This document shows, piece after piece, positions 27,678-36,820 of a stretch of DNA of 64,000 nt. The notes under the pieces are model-generated. The model was given only the letters and a program-made list of their open reading frames with translations, was not told where the DNA came from and searched no databases. Position 1 is the stretch's first letter. Every line of letters begins with the position of its first letter. Where the stretch lies: sequence record NC_019411.1, one strand, 5' to 3'. Made by a program: the position numbers and the translations under genes.

Positions 27678-27850
27678 CCGAGACCCGCACCCGGATCGCC
27701 AAGGCCGTCCACACCCTCGTCAAGGTGCTGACGGCCCCCGACGTCCCCGACGAACTGACCAAGAAGCTCGTCCTCGAAAACATCAAGCGCGCCCGCTGGG
27801 AACTCCAGGAGATCGAGCGCATCTGTCAGCAGGAGATCGCCGGTGGCTGA
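27674..27850 (+). CDS. Small hypothetical protein (58 aa)
   Basis: GTGA coupling; hand-translated. Confidence 0.6.
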   Translation: MTETRTRIAKAVHTLVKVLTAPDVPDELTKKLVLENIKRARWELQEIERICQQEIAGG

Positions 27851-28319
27851 TCTGACGCTCAATGTCGACGCCCTGCCGGCTCCGCCCGAGCCTCCGGCCT
27901 ATGATTTCCGGGACGATCACAACCTCGTCCCCCGCGCCCGGATGATCGCCGACGGCCTCCTGGCCGGCCGACACATCCTCCATGGCGACGAGCACACCCT
28001 GGCGCGCGCCGTGATCGTGCTGCTGGAGGAGCGGGAGAAGAAGGCCAATTCGCCCTGCACCCTGATCGTCGTCGAGGGCGTGGTCGAGCGCGATCGGCTG
28101 CAAAAGCTGCTCGACCCGACCACCAAGGCCTTCCACGTCATCACCCCGATGCAGCGCGGCGACGCCACGCGGGGCCGGCGCTATGCGGCGATCTTCGTCC
28201 GCTATCCCTCGGCCGCGTGGTTCGACGCCAAGAACGTCGAGACCCACCAGTTCCAGGCCTGGGAACGCGAGCACCTTTTTCCCCGCCTCCTCAAGGGCGG
28301 TCACTTCCAGCACATCTAG
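27843..28319 (+). CDS. Hypothetical protein
   Basis: GGAG SD. Confidence 0.65.
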   Translation: MADLTLNVDALPAPPEPPAYDFRDDHNLVPRARMIADGLLAGRHILHGDEHTLARAVIVLLEEREKKANSPCTLIVVEGVVERDRLQKLLDPTTKAFHVITPMQRGDATRGRRYAAIFVRYPSAAWFDAKNVETHQFQAWEREHLFPRLLKGGHFQHI

Positions 28320-28325
28320 GACCCC

Positions 28326-28490
28326 ATGCAACAGCCTGAAACCATCACCGTCGACGTCCAGCCGGCCGAAGTCCCCGCCCCCAAGCCGCGCCCGCGCGCC
28401 AAGGTCCATGAGCCCCAGCGGTTCAACACCTTCAAGGCCGCCCTGTTCGGCACCACGTCCCTGATCCAGATCACCCGCTACGCCGGATGA
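28326..28490 (+). CDS. Small hypothetical protein (54 aa)
   Basis: AGGA SD; ATGA coupling to the next gene. Confidence 0.55.
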   Translation: MQQPETITVDVQPAEVPAPKPRPRAKVHEPQRFNTFKAALFGTTSLIQITRYAG

Positions 28491-28756
28491 ACCCCTCCCG
28501 CCGCCGCGCGATGCTGGCCCAGATTGAGACCTGCAAGCAGTCGAGCTTGGTCGTCGAGGAGGCGACCAAGCACTGGCGGCGCGATTACGAGGCCTATCAC
28601 CACGTGATGGTCTCCGGGCAGGTGGGGCGCTATTCCGAGGAGGCCCTGAAGGCGCTTACCCTTCAAGCCTCCGCCACCTACGAGGCGCTCTTGGACGCGC
28701 TCCGTGTACACGCCAATAACCTCGAACGCCTGCGTTCGCTGCGAGGCCATTTCTGA
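28487..28756 (+). CDS. Hypothetical protein
   Basis: Coupled operon. Confidence 0.65.
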   Translation: MNPSRRRAMLAQIETCKQSSLVVEEATKHWRRDYEAYHHVMVSGQVGRYSEEALKALTLQASATYEALLDALRVHANNLERLRSLRGHF

Positions 28757-29196
28757 TGCGCTACTACCTCGACACCGAGTTCAACGGCTTTGGCGGGGAA
28801 CTGATCTCCCTGGCCCTGGTCCGCGAGGACGGCAACTGGCTCTATCTGATCTACGAGACGACCCAGCCGATCGATCCCTGGGTCGCCGAGAACGTCATGC
28901 CGATCCTGCACCTGCCGGGCCTGCTGCCGATCCACGTCAACCAGGAGGCCGGGGCCGAGTTCATCGCCCACTTCCTGGCCGGCGACGACGCCGTCGAGAT
29001 CATCACCGACTGGCCCGACGACATCCGCTATTTCTGCCAGTCGATCATCTCCGGACCGGGCATGATGTCGCGCCTCGTCCCGAGCCTGAAGTTCTCGATG
29101 ATCCGCGCCGACGCCTACCCGACCACCTTGCCGGGCGCGGTGCAGCACAATGCCGTCTGGGATGCGCGCGCCCTGCGCCACCTCATGCTGTCGTGA
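28756..29196 (+). CDS. DEDDh 3'-5' exonuclease (RNase AS/Rv2179c-like)
   Basis: YYLDTEF, ISLALV, ITDWPDD, HNAVWDA motifs. Confidence 0.75.
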   Translation: MRYYLDTEFNGFGGELISLALVREDGNWLYLIYETTQPIDPWVAENVMPILHLPGLLPIHVNQEAGAEFIAHFLAGDDAVEIITDWPDDIRYFCQSIISGPGMMSRLVPSLKFSMIRADAYPTTLPGAVQHNAVWDARALRHLMLS

Positions 29197-29726
29197 GGCC
29201 CACGGCTCGGCGCCGGCGTAAGAAGCCGGCGCGCAACTTCCGGATGATGGCGGCGACCTCGACCACGAGCGTCGCCACGCACCGAACCTATCCGGGCAAG
29301 CTGATCGCCCCGGCGCCGGGCCACTGCCGCTGGTGTACTGGCCCCATCCTCAAGCCGGACGGCTCGATCAACCGCCGCAAGACCTTCTGCTCGCAGGTCT
29401 GCGTCTCCCACTACCTGCTGCGCGCCGATCCCGCCGAGATGCGCCGCCACGTCTTCTTCCGCGACCAGGGCGTCTGCGGGATGTGCAAGAAGCGTTGGCT
29501 CTACCTTGACGATAGTGGATGGCAGGCCGACCACATCGAGCCTCTCTTCCTGGCGTTCGGCGACCTCTCCTACTGGGAGCCGGAGAACGTCCAGGTCCTC
29601 TGCACCGACCCGTGCCACAAGCAAAAATCGGCCGACGACATGCGCAAGTACGGCTTCGTGCTCAAGCTGACCCGTGAGCGCAAGCAGCCCGAAAAGCGGC
29701 GGCGGTTAGCCGAAAGACTATCTTGA
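29193..29726 (+). CDS. HNH endonuclease with N-terminal Zn-binding motifs
   Basis: RDQGVCGMC...ADHIEP...NVQVLCTDPCH..K. Confidence 0.8.
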   Translation: MRPTARRRRKKPARNFRMMAATSTTSVATHRTYPGKLIAPAPGHCRWCTGPILKPDGSINRRKTFCSQVCVSHYLLRADPAEMRRHVFFRDQGVCGMCKKRWLYLDDSGWQADHIEPLFLAFGDLSYWEPENVQVLCTDPCHKQKSADDMRKYGFVLKLTRERKQPEKRRRLAERLS

Positions 29727-29884
29727 GTCAAGCGCGATCTGTCGTGAATCTTGACATTCGGCGAATTTTTTGCTAGGTTCCCCAGCATCCCGATAGAGGT
29801 TGGCATATCCCGACGCCGCCAGCCGTCTCGCAACGCGACGGGTCGTCGCCCATACCACGGGGTCCGTGGGAAGAGAGAAACTGT

Positions 29885-30676
29885 ATGCCTGTTCTGTCCT
29901 ACGATACGCTCGACATGGTCCCCGAGGGCCTGCGCGAGTTCGCAAAGCAAGTCGACGGCAGCGAGAAGTTCCAAGTGAACGTCGTCAGCGCCGCGAAGAT
30001 CGACGAGTTTCGCGACAACAACATCAAGATTTCGAAGGAGCGCGACGCGCTCCTGGAGAAGGTGGCCCGGCTGGAGCCGATCGTCGGCGAAGACCCGGAC
30101 GCCTTCAGCGCCAAGCTGACGGAACTGCAAGCGATCGCCCAGCGCGTCGCCGACGGTGACCTGAAGGAAGGCCGCGCCCTCGAAGAAGCGCTCCAGAAGC
30201 GCACCGAGGAGATGCGGAAGCAGTACGACGACCGTCTTCAGCAGACGGGCAAGGAACGGGCCGCGTGGCAGGCCAAGCACGATGAACTGGAGCGCCGGTT
30301 CAAGCAGTCGCTGGTCAGCAACGCGATCACCGCCGCCGCGATGGCGCAGGGCTCGGGCATCGACCCGACCGCGATCACCGAGGTGGTTCGCTCGGGCCTG
30401 GACGTGTTCAAGGCCGACGATCAGGGCCGTCTGACCCCCTATGTGGGCGACGCTCCGCTCTACGGCGCCGACGGTGTCACGCCGATGACGCCGAAGGAAT
30501 GGCTGCAAAAGCTGAAGGAGGAGAAGCCGTTCTTCTTCCTCAACAGCAGCGGCGGCGGCGCCGGCGGCGACAAGACCAAGACGGTTCACGGCGTCACGCC
30601 GGAGCGTCTGAAGGGCATGTCGGCGGCCGAGCGTCTGGCCATCGCCAATGGCGAGAAGTCGGCGCGGCTGCGCTAA
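29885..30676 (+). CDS. Capsid scaffolding/assembly protein
   Basis: Coiled-coil, acidic, W...LK.EKPFFF...SGGG motif; directly upstream of the major capsid gene. Confidence 0.7.
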   Translation: MPVLSYDTLDMVPEGLREFAKQVDGSEKFQVNVVSAAKIDEFRDNNIKISKERDALLEKVARLEPIVGEDPDAFSAKLTELQAIAQRVADGDLKEGRALEEALQKRTEEMRKQYDDRLQQTGKERAAWQAKHDELERRFKQSLVSNAITAAAMAQGSGIDPTAITEVVRSGLDVFKADDQGRLTPYVGDAPLYGADGVTPMTPKEWLQKLKEEKPFFFLNSSGGGAGGDKTKTVHGVTPERLKGMSAAERLAIANGEKSARLR

Positions 30677-30940
30677 GTCACGAAACCCTGGTTTCGTGAT
30701 CTGATCTAGGCCCCTCGGGGCGGAGTTGCCGGGCTCTCTTGCAAAAGCCCGGACCGATTTCGCCCGCACGGGCCAGAGCTTGAGCGCCGATCCTGGCGAT
30801 CGCTCGAACAAGTCAAGTCATGAAACCCTGGTTTCGTGACAAGAGAATTCCCTCGGTGACGGCCGGTCGACCGAGGGGCAGACCGAGACGGGGTCCGTCT
30901 CTCAACCAGACCGGTGCGAACACCAAAGAGGAGCAAGCCA

Positions 30941-31876
30941 ATGGCTGCTGTGACCCTGCTGCAAGCGTCCGAAATGGCGCTCGGCAACGACGAAGTCAAG
31001 CGCGCCGCGATCATCGAGCTTTTCGCGACGCCCGACATCCTGCGCGTGATCCCGTTCCTGGACATCCAGGGCGGCGCGTACACCTACCTGCAAGAAGGCC
31101 AGCTCTCGGGCGTCGCCTTCCGGGGTATCAACGAGTCCTACGACACGTCGACCGGCGTGATCAACCCGCAAGTCGAGCGCCTGCGCATCGTCGGCGGCGA
31201 CCTGGACGTCGACAAGTCCCTGCTGAAGACCCACGGCGCCAACGTGCGTTCGCAGCAGGAGCGCATGAAGGTCAAGGCCCTGAGCCTGTACCTCGCCGGC
31301 AAGATCATCAACGGCGACTCGGAAGCCGACCCCCGCGAGTTCGACGGTCTGCGCAAGCGCATCACCGGTTCGCAACTGTTCCCGGCCGGCGCGACCGCTG
31401 GCGGTGACGCCCTGTCGCTGGCCGTCCTGGACGAAGCCATCGACGCGGTCGACGGTGCGACCCACCTGATCATGTCGAAGCGCATGCGTAACCTGCTCGC
31501 GCAGTCGGCCAACAACCCCAACGTCACCGGCTACGTGTCGTGGGAAAAGGACGAGTTCGGCATGCGCGTGATGCGCTACGCTGACCTGCCGATCCTGGTC
31601 ACCGACTACGACGACAAGAACCAGCAGGTCATCGACTTCAACGAAGCCTGCCCTGGCGGCGGCTCGGCGGTCGGCACCTCGATCTACGTCGTCAACATCG
31701 GCGACGAAGGCGTGGTCGGCCTCCAGAACGGCGTCATGGAGATCGAAGACCTCGGCGAGATCGACGCCAAGCCGGTTCTGCGCACCCGCGTCGAATGGCT
31801 GGTCTCGCTGGCCGTCCTGAGCGGTCGCTCCGCCGCTCGCGTCTGGGGCATCAAGAAGGCCGCCGTCACCCGCTAA
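30941..31876 (+). CDS. Major capsid protein (HK97-like fold)
   Basis: GAGGAG SD at ATG 30941; 311 aa; IPF..I.G.AY.Y..E..L.GVAFR..N, GGDLDVD and EFDGL motifs; strongest codon bias in the window. Confidence 0.85.
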   Translation: MAAVTLLQASEMALGNDEVKRAAIIELFATPDILRVIPFLDIQGGAYTYLQEGQLSGVAFRGINESYDTSTGVINPQVERLRIVGGDLDVDKSLLKTHGANVRSQQERMKVKALSLYLAGKIINGDSEADPREFDGLRKRITGSQLFPAGATAGGDALSLAVLDEAIDAVDGATHLIMSKRMRNLLAQSANNPNVTGYVSWEKDEFGMRVMRYADLPILVTDYDDKNQQVIDFNEACPGGGSAVGTSIYVVNIGDEGVVGLQNGVMEIEDLGEIDAKPVLRTRVEWLVSLAVLSGRSAARVWGIKKAAVTR

Positions 31877-31952
31877 GGGTGATGGCTCAGGGGGCTCCGG
31901 CCCCCTGACCTTCCTGGTCCTCTCCACCCCCATCTAAGCAGGAAATCCCCAG

Positions 31953-32399
31953 ATGGAATCCAAGATTCGTCACCAGTACGACGCGCTCCTGGCGCTTCAG
32001 CCGGTCGGCACCGCTGCGGTGACCGCCGACGGCTCGTCCGTCAACGCGGTGGACATCTACCGCATCGCCAACGGTCGCGGCGACGTCGCCGGCCGCTACG
32101 GCATCGGTTCGTTCGACATCGTGTTCTACTTCAAGTCGGCCGTCACCGGCGGCGCGACCCCGGAGACCTACACGATCAACGTCGTGACCACCGACGCCGA
32201 CGGCGCCAACCCCGTGGTGCAGGAGACCTTCACGGTCGAAAGCACCATGATCGGCGACCCCTACGTCCTGGCCTTCCACCCGGCCACGCTGAAGCTGAAG
32301 GACGCCGACGCCGCCAAGGTGAAGCTGACCATCGACGTGGCCGGCACCGCGCCGTCGCTCGACTTCTACGCCTTCGTGGCCCCGCACTCGCACCAGTAA
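31953..32399 (+). CDS. Minor capsid/decoration protein
   Basis: 148 aa right after the MCP, high-expression codon bias; position matches recalled phiCbK gene order. Confidence 0.65.
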   Translation: MESKIRHQYDALLALQPVGTAAVTADGSSVNAVDIYRIANGRGDVAGRYGIGSFDIVFYFKSAVTGGATPETYTINVVTTDADGANPVVQETFTVESTMIGDPYVLAFHPATLKLKDADAAKVKLTIDVAGTAPSLDFYAFVAPHSHQ

Positions 32400-32434
32400 T
32401 GGGCGAGCCGGGTTCCCGGCGTTTGGTCAAAGTC

Positions 32435-32467
32435 AACCCCCGGACCGAGGTCCGGGGGTTTTCTTTT
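32435..32467 (+). terminator. Intrinsic terminator after the capsid genes
   Basis: AACCCCCGGACC/GGTCCGGGGGTT followed by TTCTTTT. Confidence 0.85.
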
Positions 32468-32591
32468 GGGTGCTGCGGCCCAGAAATGTCGTGAATCTTG
32501 ACACAAGGGCCGTTTCATGCCAGAAGTCAAGTCTCTTTTGAGCGCGGCGTTGAAGGGCCGTGCCGGTCTCCCCCGAAACGGAAAATCCCCC

Positions 32592-32975
32592 ATGAGCAAC
32601 AAGAACCTCGTGCCCGTCTACTCGCCGGAAGGCAAGAAGGAACTGCACACCCGCCTGAACGCCTACGACCTCGTCAATGGCGCGGGCTGGACCTGGAAGC
32701 CGGGTGTCGAGACCACGCCGGCCGCGATCCCGCCCTACCGCGCTCCGCCCGTCGGCGCTGAGCCGGCCCAAGCCGTGCTGGACCGCGCCGGTCACCGCAA
32801 CGACCGCACCCTGACCGAGGTGGTTGGCGCCGATGACGCCGACGCTGATCTGGACGCCGCCGAGGACGAAGTCGTCGAGGACGCCGCCGACGAGGCTCCG
32901 GTCGCCGAAGAAGCCCCCGCCGCTCCTGCCGCCCCGGCGGCGCGCGGTCGCGGCCGCAAGCCCACGGCGGCCTAA
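32592..32975 (+). CDS. Hypothetical protein with acidic low-complexity tail
   Basis: ATG 32592; ends ARGRGRKPTAA. Confidence 0.7.
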   Translation: MSNKNLVPVYSPEGKKELHTRLNAYDLVNGAGWTWKPGVETTPAAIPPYRAPPVGAEPAQAVLDRAGHRNDRTLTEVVGADDADADLDAAEDEVVEDAADEAPVAEEAPAAPAAPAARGRGRKPTAA

Positions 32976-32978
32976 GCC

Positions 32979-33260
32979 ATGGTGGAACTCGGCTACTTCA
33001 GCAAGACCTGGGTGGTGGACGTCACTGCTGCCTCCGACGTCTTCGCCAATCCCGGCAACGGGCAGACCTTCATGCTGCGCGCCGACCGCAAGATTCACAT
33101 CGCGCGGTCGGTGGACAACAACGCCGAGGCCACCACGGGCGACTGCCTCCTCCTGGCCGACGAGCCCGCCAGCTTCGCTATGGAAGTCGGCGGCTCGATT
33201 GCCTTCATCCTGGCCGACGGCGAGACCGACGGCAAAATCTTCATCACCCAGGTGAACTAA
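32979..33260 (+). CDS. Putative virion structural protein
   Basis: Beta-rich, in the structural operon. Confidence 0.65.
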   Translation: MVELGYFSKTWVVDVTAASDVFANPGNGQTFMLRADRKIHIARSVDNNAEATTGDCLLLADEPASFAMEVGGSIAFILADGETDGKIFITQVN

Positions 33261-33263
33261 GCC

Positions 33264-33656
33264 GTGGCGAACCAGTCCTACAAGCTGCACGACGTGATCA
33301 TCGCCTACGTCAAGGCCAGCAACCCGGAACTCGGGCTGCTGACCGCCGCTCCGAACCCGGACGGCACCGGCGTGGTCGAGCCCAACAGCGTCTACGGCTA
33401 CGGACGTCAGCCCATCACGTTCGGCACGACCGTGCGCATGACCGGCGTCGACGCCGGCAAGTCCTCGATCTCCAACACCGTGCCGATCGTCTTCGGCCCG
33501 ACCGTCACCGACGGCTGGCCGACGGTCACCCACTGGGGCGTGTTCGACGAGAACGGCGACCTGCTCGACTATGGCCCGCTGCCGGCGACCCGCACCCTGC
33601 CGGTCGGCGACTCTATCTCGTTCGGCGTGGGGGCGGTGCAACTCCGCTACGCCTAA
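33264..33656 (+). CDS. Putative virion structural protein (fibre/filament-associated)
   Basis: YGRQPITFG...WPTVTHWGVFD...GD.L.YG pattern seen in phage structural proteins. Confidence 0.65.
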   Translation: MANQSYKLHDVIIAYVKASNPELGLLTAAPNPDGTGVVEPNSVYGYGRQPITFGTTVRMTGVDAGKSSISNTVPIVFGPTVTDGWPTVTHWGVFDENGDLLDYGPLPATRTLPVGDSISFGVGAVQLRYA

Positions 33657-33659
33657 GCC

Positions 33660-35603
33660 ATGGCCCGCGTCTGGACCGCACGCGCTGGCGCCCTGGTCCG
33701 CTCCGAAGCGGTCCTGGTCTCCAATCTCCAGCAGGCGACCGAGTTCGTCGGCGAGATCGCGTTCGACGCCACCCTCAAGCCCTATTCGGGGCAGTCCTCC
33801 ACCATCGTCGCCGAGTTCGGCCTCGATGGCGACTCGGTCTGGTGGCCGGGCTATCCGGTCGCGTTCGATCCGCCGTTCCTGATCATCGGCGAGTTCGGGC
33901 TGAGCCTGTCGAAGGGCGCCTCGTCGATCTTCCCGTTCGAGTTCGACCGGGGCATCGACGACAAGACCTCCCTGGTCCAGGCCCTGAACGACGCCGGCTA
34001 CACGGGCGGCGGGGGCGGCACGCCCTTCGATGACAGCTTCGACATCGTCCTGAGCGACGGCGACGAGGATGTCTCGCAAGGCGCACTGGACCTCACCGGC
34101 CTGTCGGTCGGCGAGTCGATCGTCAATCTCGACGTCCTGCTCGGCAAGCTGATCCCGCCGATGCCGCCGGCCTTCCCGAACGGCACCCTGTCGATCAGCA
34201 ACACCGCCGGCAACGACCCGCGACTGGCGAGCGGCTTCACCGACAACATCGGCTCGGGCCTGACGGCGGGGACCTCGGTCACCCGCATCACCGCCACCGG
34301 CGTCTCGACCTTCGCCTTCAACGACGTCGGTCCGGGCAATGACGGCGTCCTCCAGGCCCTGCTCAATGGCGCGGTCGCCGCCACCCGTACCCTGACCGGC
34401 GCCGACGAGGGCAACTATTCGGGTCTGGTGATCGCCGACCAGAAGGACTACCCGACCGACCGGCCGGGCTTCTGGAAGTCGATGGACGTCAGCCTCAACC
34501 TCCTGGCGGTTCCGGTCGGGGTCGACAAGATCAGGCTCAATCATACGGCGGCGGGCCAGACCAACGAGGTCGTGTTCATCCGTGACACCCTGACGGCGAC
34601 CCCGACGGTGACGGCCGGCAGCGTGGTGCAGGAGACCGCCGGAACCCTGGCCTATTCGTCGAGCGTGCCTCACTACGGGACGGGCGCCACCCTGACGGTG
34701 GGCATGTCCTACAACAACATCGCAGGGGAGACCTATTACGGCGGCGCGGACCCGGTGTCCATCTCCGGCTCCAACTCGATCATGACGACCAAGACGCTGA
34801 GCTACGGCGCCATTGGCTTCACCACGCCGTTCGCGCGCAACACCACCGCCGCCCAGGCCATCACGCCCCAATCGGTCGCCATCGACGGCACCAACGTCCA
34901 CACCTCGGGCGTGATCCAGGGCACGGCGCGCAACGTCAACGGGGCCTCGGCCACGGCGACCCTGTCGTCGACGGTGATCCTGGTCAAGCGAGGCACGGCG
35001 ACCGGCAAGCTCGACGAGCTTTCGATCCCGGTCACGGGCATGGGCTCCACCCCCAACGGCCTCAACGCCATCCGGGTGGGCCTGGGCGCGGGCGACACCC
35101 CGGCCGGCACGCCTCAGTCCTGGGATCAGACGGCGGCGCTCGCCTCGCATGAAGCGGCGGTCGTCGCCGGCATCATGGGGCACAACCAGAACAACTACGC
35201 CACCGGCTACCTCCCGGTGGGTCCCAACCTCTCGGTGGGCCGCACCGGGGCGCAGTACGTCACCCTGTCGTTCAAGCGCGCCTCGCGTTCGACGTTCCGG
35301 ATCGCCATCACCGGGTCCTACGCGGGCTGCTGGATCAAGCTGCCGGGCGTCTCGGACGTCCAGCCCAACGCCCCGAACGGCTGGTGGAATGGCTTCCAGG
35401 CCTATGATGGCGCCGGCATCCCCGGCGAGGCCGGCGACCCGAACGCCGGCTGCGCGCTCGGCGCGGTCATGACCGGAGCCTCCGGGACGTTCCAGATGAC
35501 CTTCGGTACGGAGTCCTCGACCAACGCGACCAACAACGAAATCCTGGTCCGCTTGAAGTTCAACGCGGGCCAGAGCCTCACGGCTCTGTCGTTCACGAGC
35601 TAA
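33660..35603 (+). CDS. Putative virion structural protein (candidate head-filament component)
   Basis: 647 aa, Thr/Gly/Ser-rich and beta-rich. Confidence 0.65.
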   Translation: MARVWTARAGALVRSEAVLVSNLQQATEFVGEIAFDATLKPYSGQSSTIVAEFGLDGDSVWWPGYPVAFDPPFLIIGEFGLSLSKGASSIFPFEFDRGIDDKTSLVQALNDAGYTGGGGGTPFDDSFDIVLSDGDEDVSQGALDLTGLSVGESIVNLDVLLGKLIPPMPPAFPNGTLSISNTAGNDPRLASGFTDNIGSGLTAGTSVTRITATGVSTFAFNDVGPGNDGVLQALLNGAVAATRTLTGADEGNYSGLVIADQKDYPTDRPGFWKSMDVSLNLLAVPVGVDKIRLNHTAAGQTNEVVFIRDTLTATPTVTAGSVVQETAGTLAYSSSVPHYGTGATLTVGMSYNNIAGETYYGGADPVSISGSNSIMTTKTLSYGAIGFTTPFARNTTAAQAITPQSVAIDGTNVHTSGVIQGTARNVNGASATATLSSTVILVKRGTATGKLDELSIPVTGMGSTPNGLNAIRVGLGAGDTPAGTPQSWDQTAALASHEAAVVAGIMGHNQNNYATGYLPVGPNLSVGRTGAQYVTLSFKRASRSTFRIAITGSYAGCWIKLPGVSDVQPNAPNGWWNGFQAYDGAGIPGEAGDPNAGCALGAVMTGASGTFQMTFGTESSTNATNNEILVRLKFNAGQSLTALSFTS

Positions 35604-35612
35604 GGGGCGGCC

Positions 35613-36311
35613 ATGGCGATCAACAGCACTGAACTCGTCGACCGGCTGATCAAGCTGGTCGCCTTCGGGGTCACCAAGACCGGCAAGGCCTCCGACAAGA
35701 CCGGCTCCAACGAGTCGATCCCCTCGCCGACCGTGGTGTTCCCCGAGAACATCTGGAACGAGAAGGCGCTGCTGCCGGCGACGCCGCCGACGGCCGACAC
35801 GCCTCAGGTCAAGGTCTATTCGGGCGCCACGCGCATCCGGGCGACCGCCGACCCGACCGCCCAGCCCAACGAGACGTGGCTGGCGACCTCGACCTACGGG
35901 ACGCCGTCGACGCGGCTGACCAATTTCATCGCTCCCTCGGTGGGCGGCTCGGGCTACGCGGCCCGCGTCTTCATCGGGGACCCCAACACCGGCCCGGCGG
36001 CCCGTATCTTCCCCGACACCACGGGCGAGGAATGGACCTTCGACTATATCGCCGGCGTCCTCAACTTCCCGACCGCCGTGCCGGGCTCCAAGACCGCCAC
36101 GATCGGCACGGGGTCCGTCAGCATCGCGGCCAACGGCATCTATCTCGAACTCTACCGCTACATCGGGGCCACCGGCGGCGGCGGAGGCGGGGTCGACCCC
36201 GGCAGTCTCGGCACCATGGCCTACCAGGACGCCGACGCAGTCGACATCACCGGAGGCGACATCAGCAACGTCGTCTTCACCAACGTCACCATCGACGGTG
36301 GAACCTTCTAA
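35613..36311 (+). CDS. Putative virion structural protein
   Basis: C-terminal GTMAYQDADAVDITGG motif, common in phage fibres. Confidence 0.65.
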   Translation: MAINSTELVDRLIKLVAFGVTKTGKASDKTGSNESIPSPTVVFPENIWNEKALLPATPPTADTPQVKVYSGATRIRATADPTAQPNETWLATSTYGTPSTRLTNFIAPSVGGSGYAARVFIGDPNTGPAARIFPDTTGEEWTFDYIAGVLNFPTAVPGSKTATIGTGSVSIAANGIYLELYRYIGATGGGGGGVDPGSLGTMAYQDADAVDITGGDISNVVFTNVTIDGGTF

Positions 36312-36330
36312 CCCCCAGGAGCCCTGAACC

Positions 36331-36747
36331 ATGGCCTCTCTCGTCTACAACTCCATGCTGCACGATCTGGTCAATGGCGACATCGCCTTTGACACCGACA
36401 CCTTCAAGGTGATGCTGGTGACCTCGGCCTACACGCCGAACAAGGACACCCACACCCGCAAGAACCAAGTCACCAACGAAGTGACCGGCGCGGGCTACAC
36501 CGCTGGCGGGCAGACCTCGGCCGTGACCATCACGCCCGACACCGCCAACGACCGCGAGGACCTGTCCTTCGCCACGGTCACCTGGACCAGCGCCACCATC
36601 ACCGCCCGCGCGGCCGTGATCTACAAGGACACCGGCACGGCCACGACCTCGCCGCTGATCGCCTATGTCGACTTCGGCACGGACGTGTCGTCGACCAACG
36701 CGAACTTCGCCGTGTCGTTCTCGTCGCCGCTGCGCTTCCAGAACTAA
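36331..36747 (+). CDS. Putative virion structural protein
   Basis: DTFKVMLVT...GY.AGG...WT.ATITAR.AVIY...L.AY.DFG family; similar in type to 33264..33656. Confidence 0.7.
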   Translation: MASLVYNSMLHDLVNGDIAFDTDTFKVMLVTSAYTPNKDTHTRKNQVTNEVTGAGYTAGGQTSAVTITPDTANDREDLSFATVTWTSATITARAAVIYKDTGTATTSPLIAYVDFGTDVSSTNANFAVSFSSPLRFQN

Positions 36748-36820
36748 GCCCTAAGTCACGATCCCAGAGGATCGTGACTTAGTCCGCCTCCTCGTCTCCG
36801 CCGCCTCAAGGGTCTTCGCG

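Noticed and set aside
10200-29726. Integrase, transposon or DGR elements
   Set aside because: No recombinase, transposase or reverse-transcriptase motifs and no template/variable repeat pair were seen.
32433-36332. 1299-aa minus-strand ORF (also 18690..20546, 41450..45634, 56081..58528, 59055..63944)
   Set aside because: Antisense shadows of strongly GC3-biased plus-strand genes; no motifs or SD, and complete overlap with recognisable proteins.
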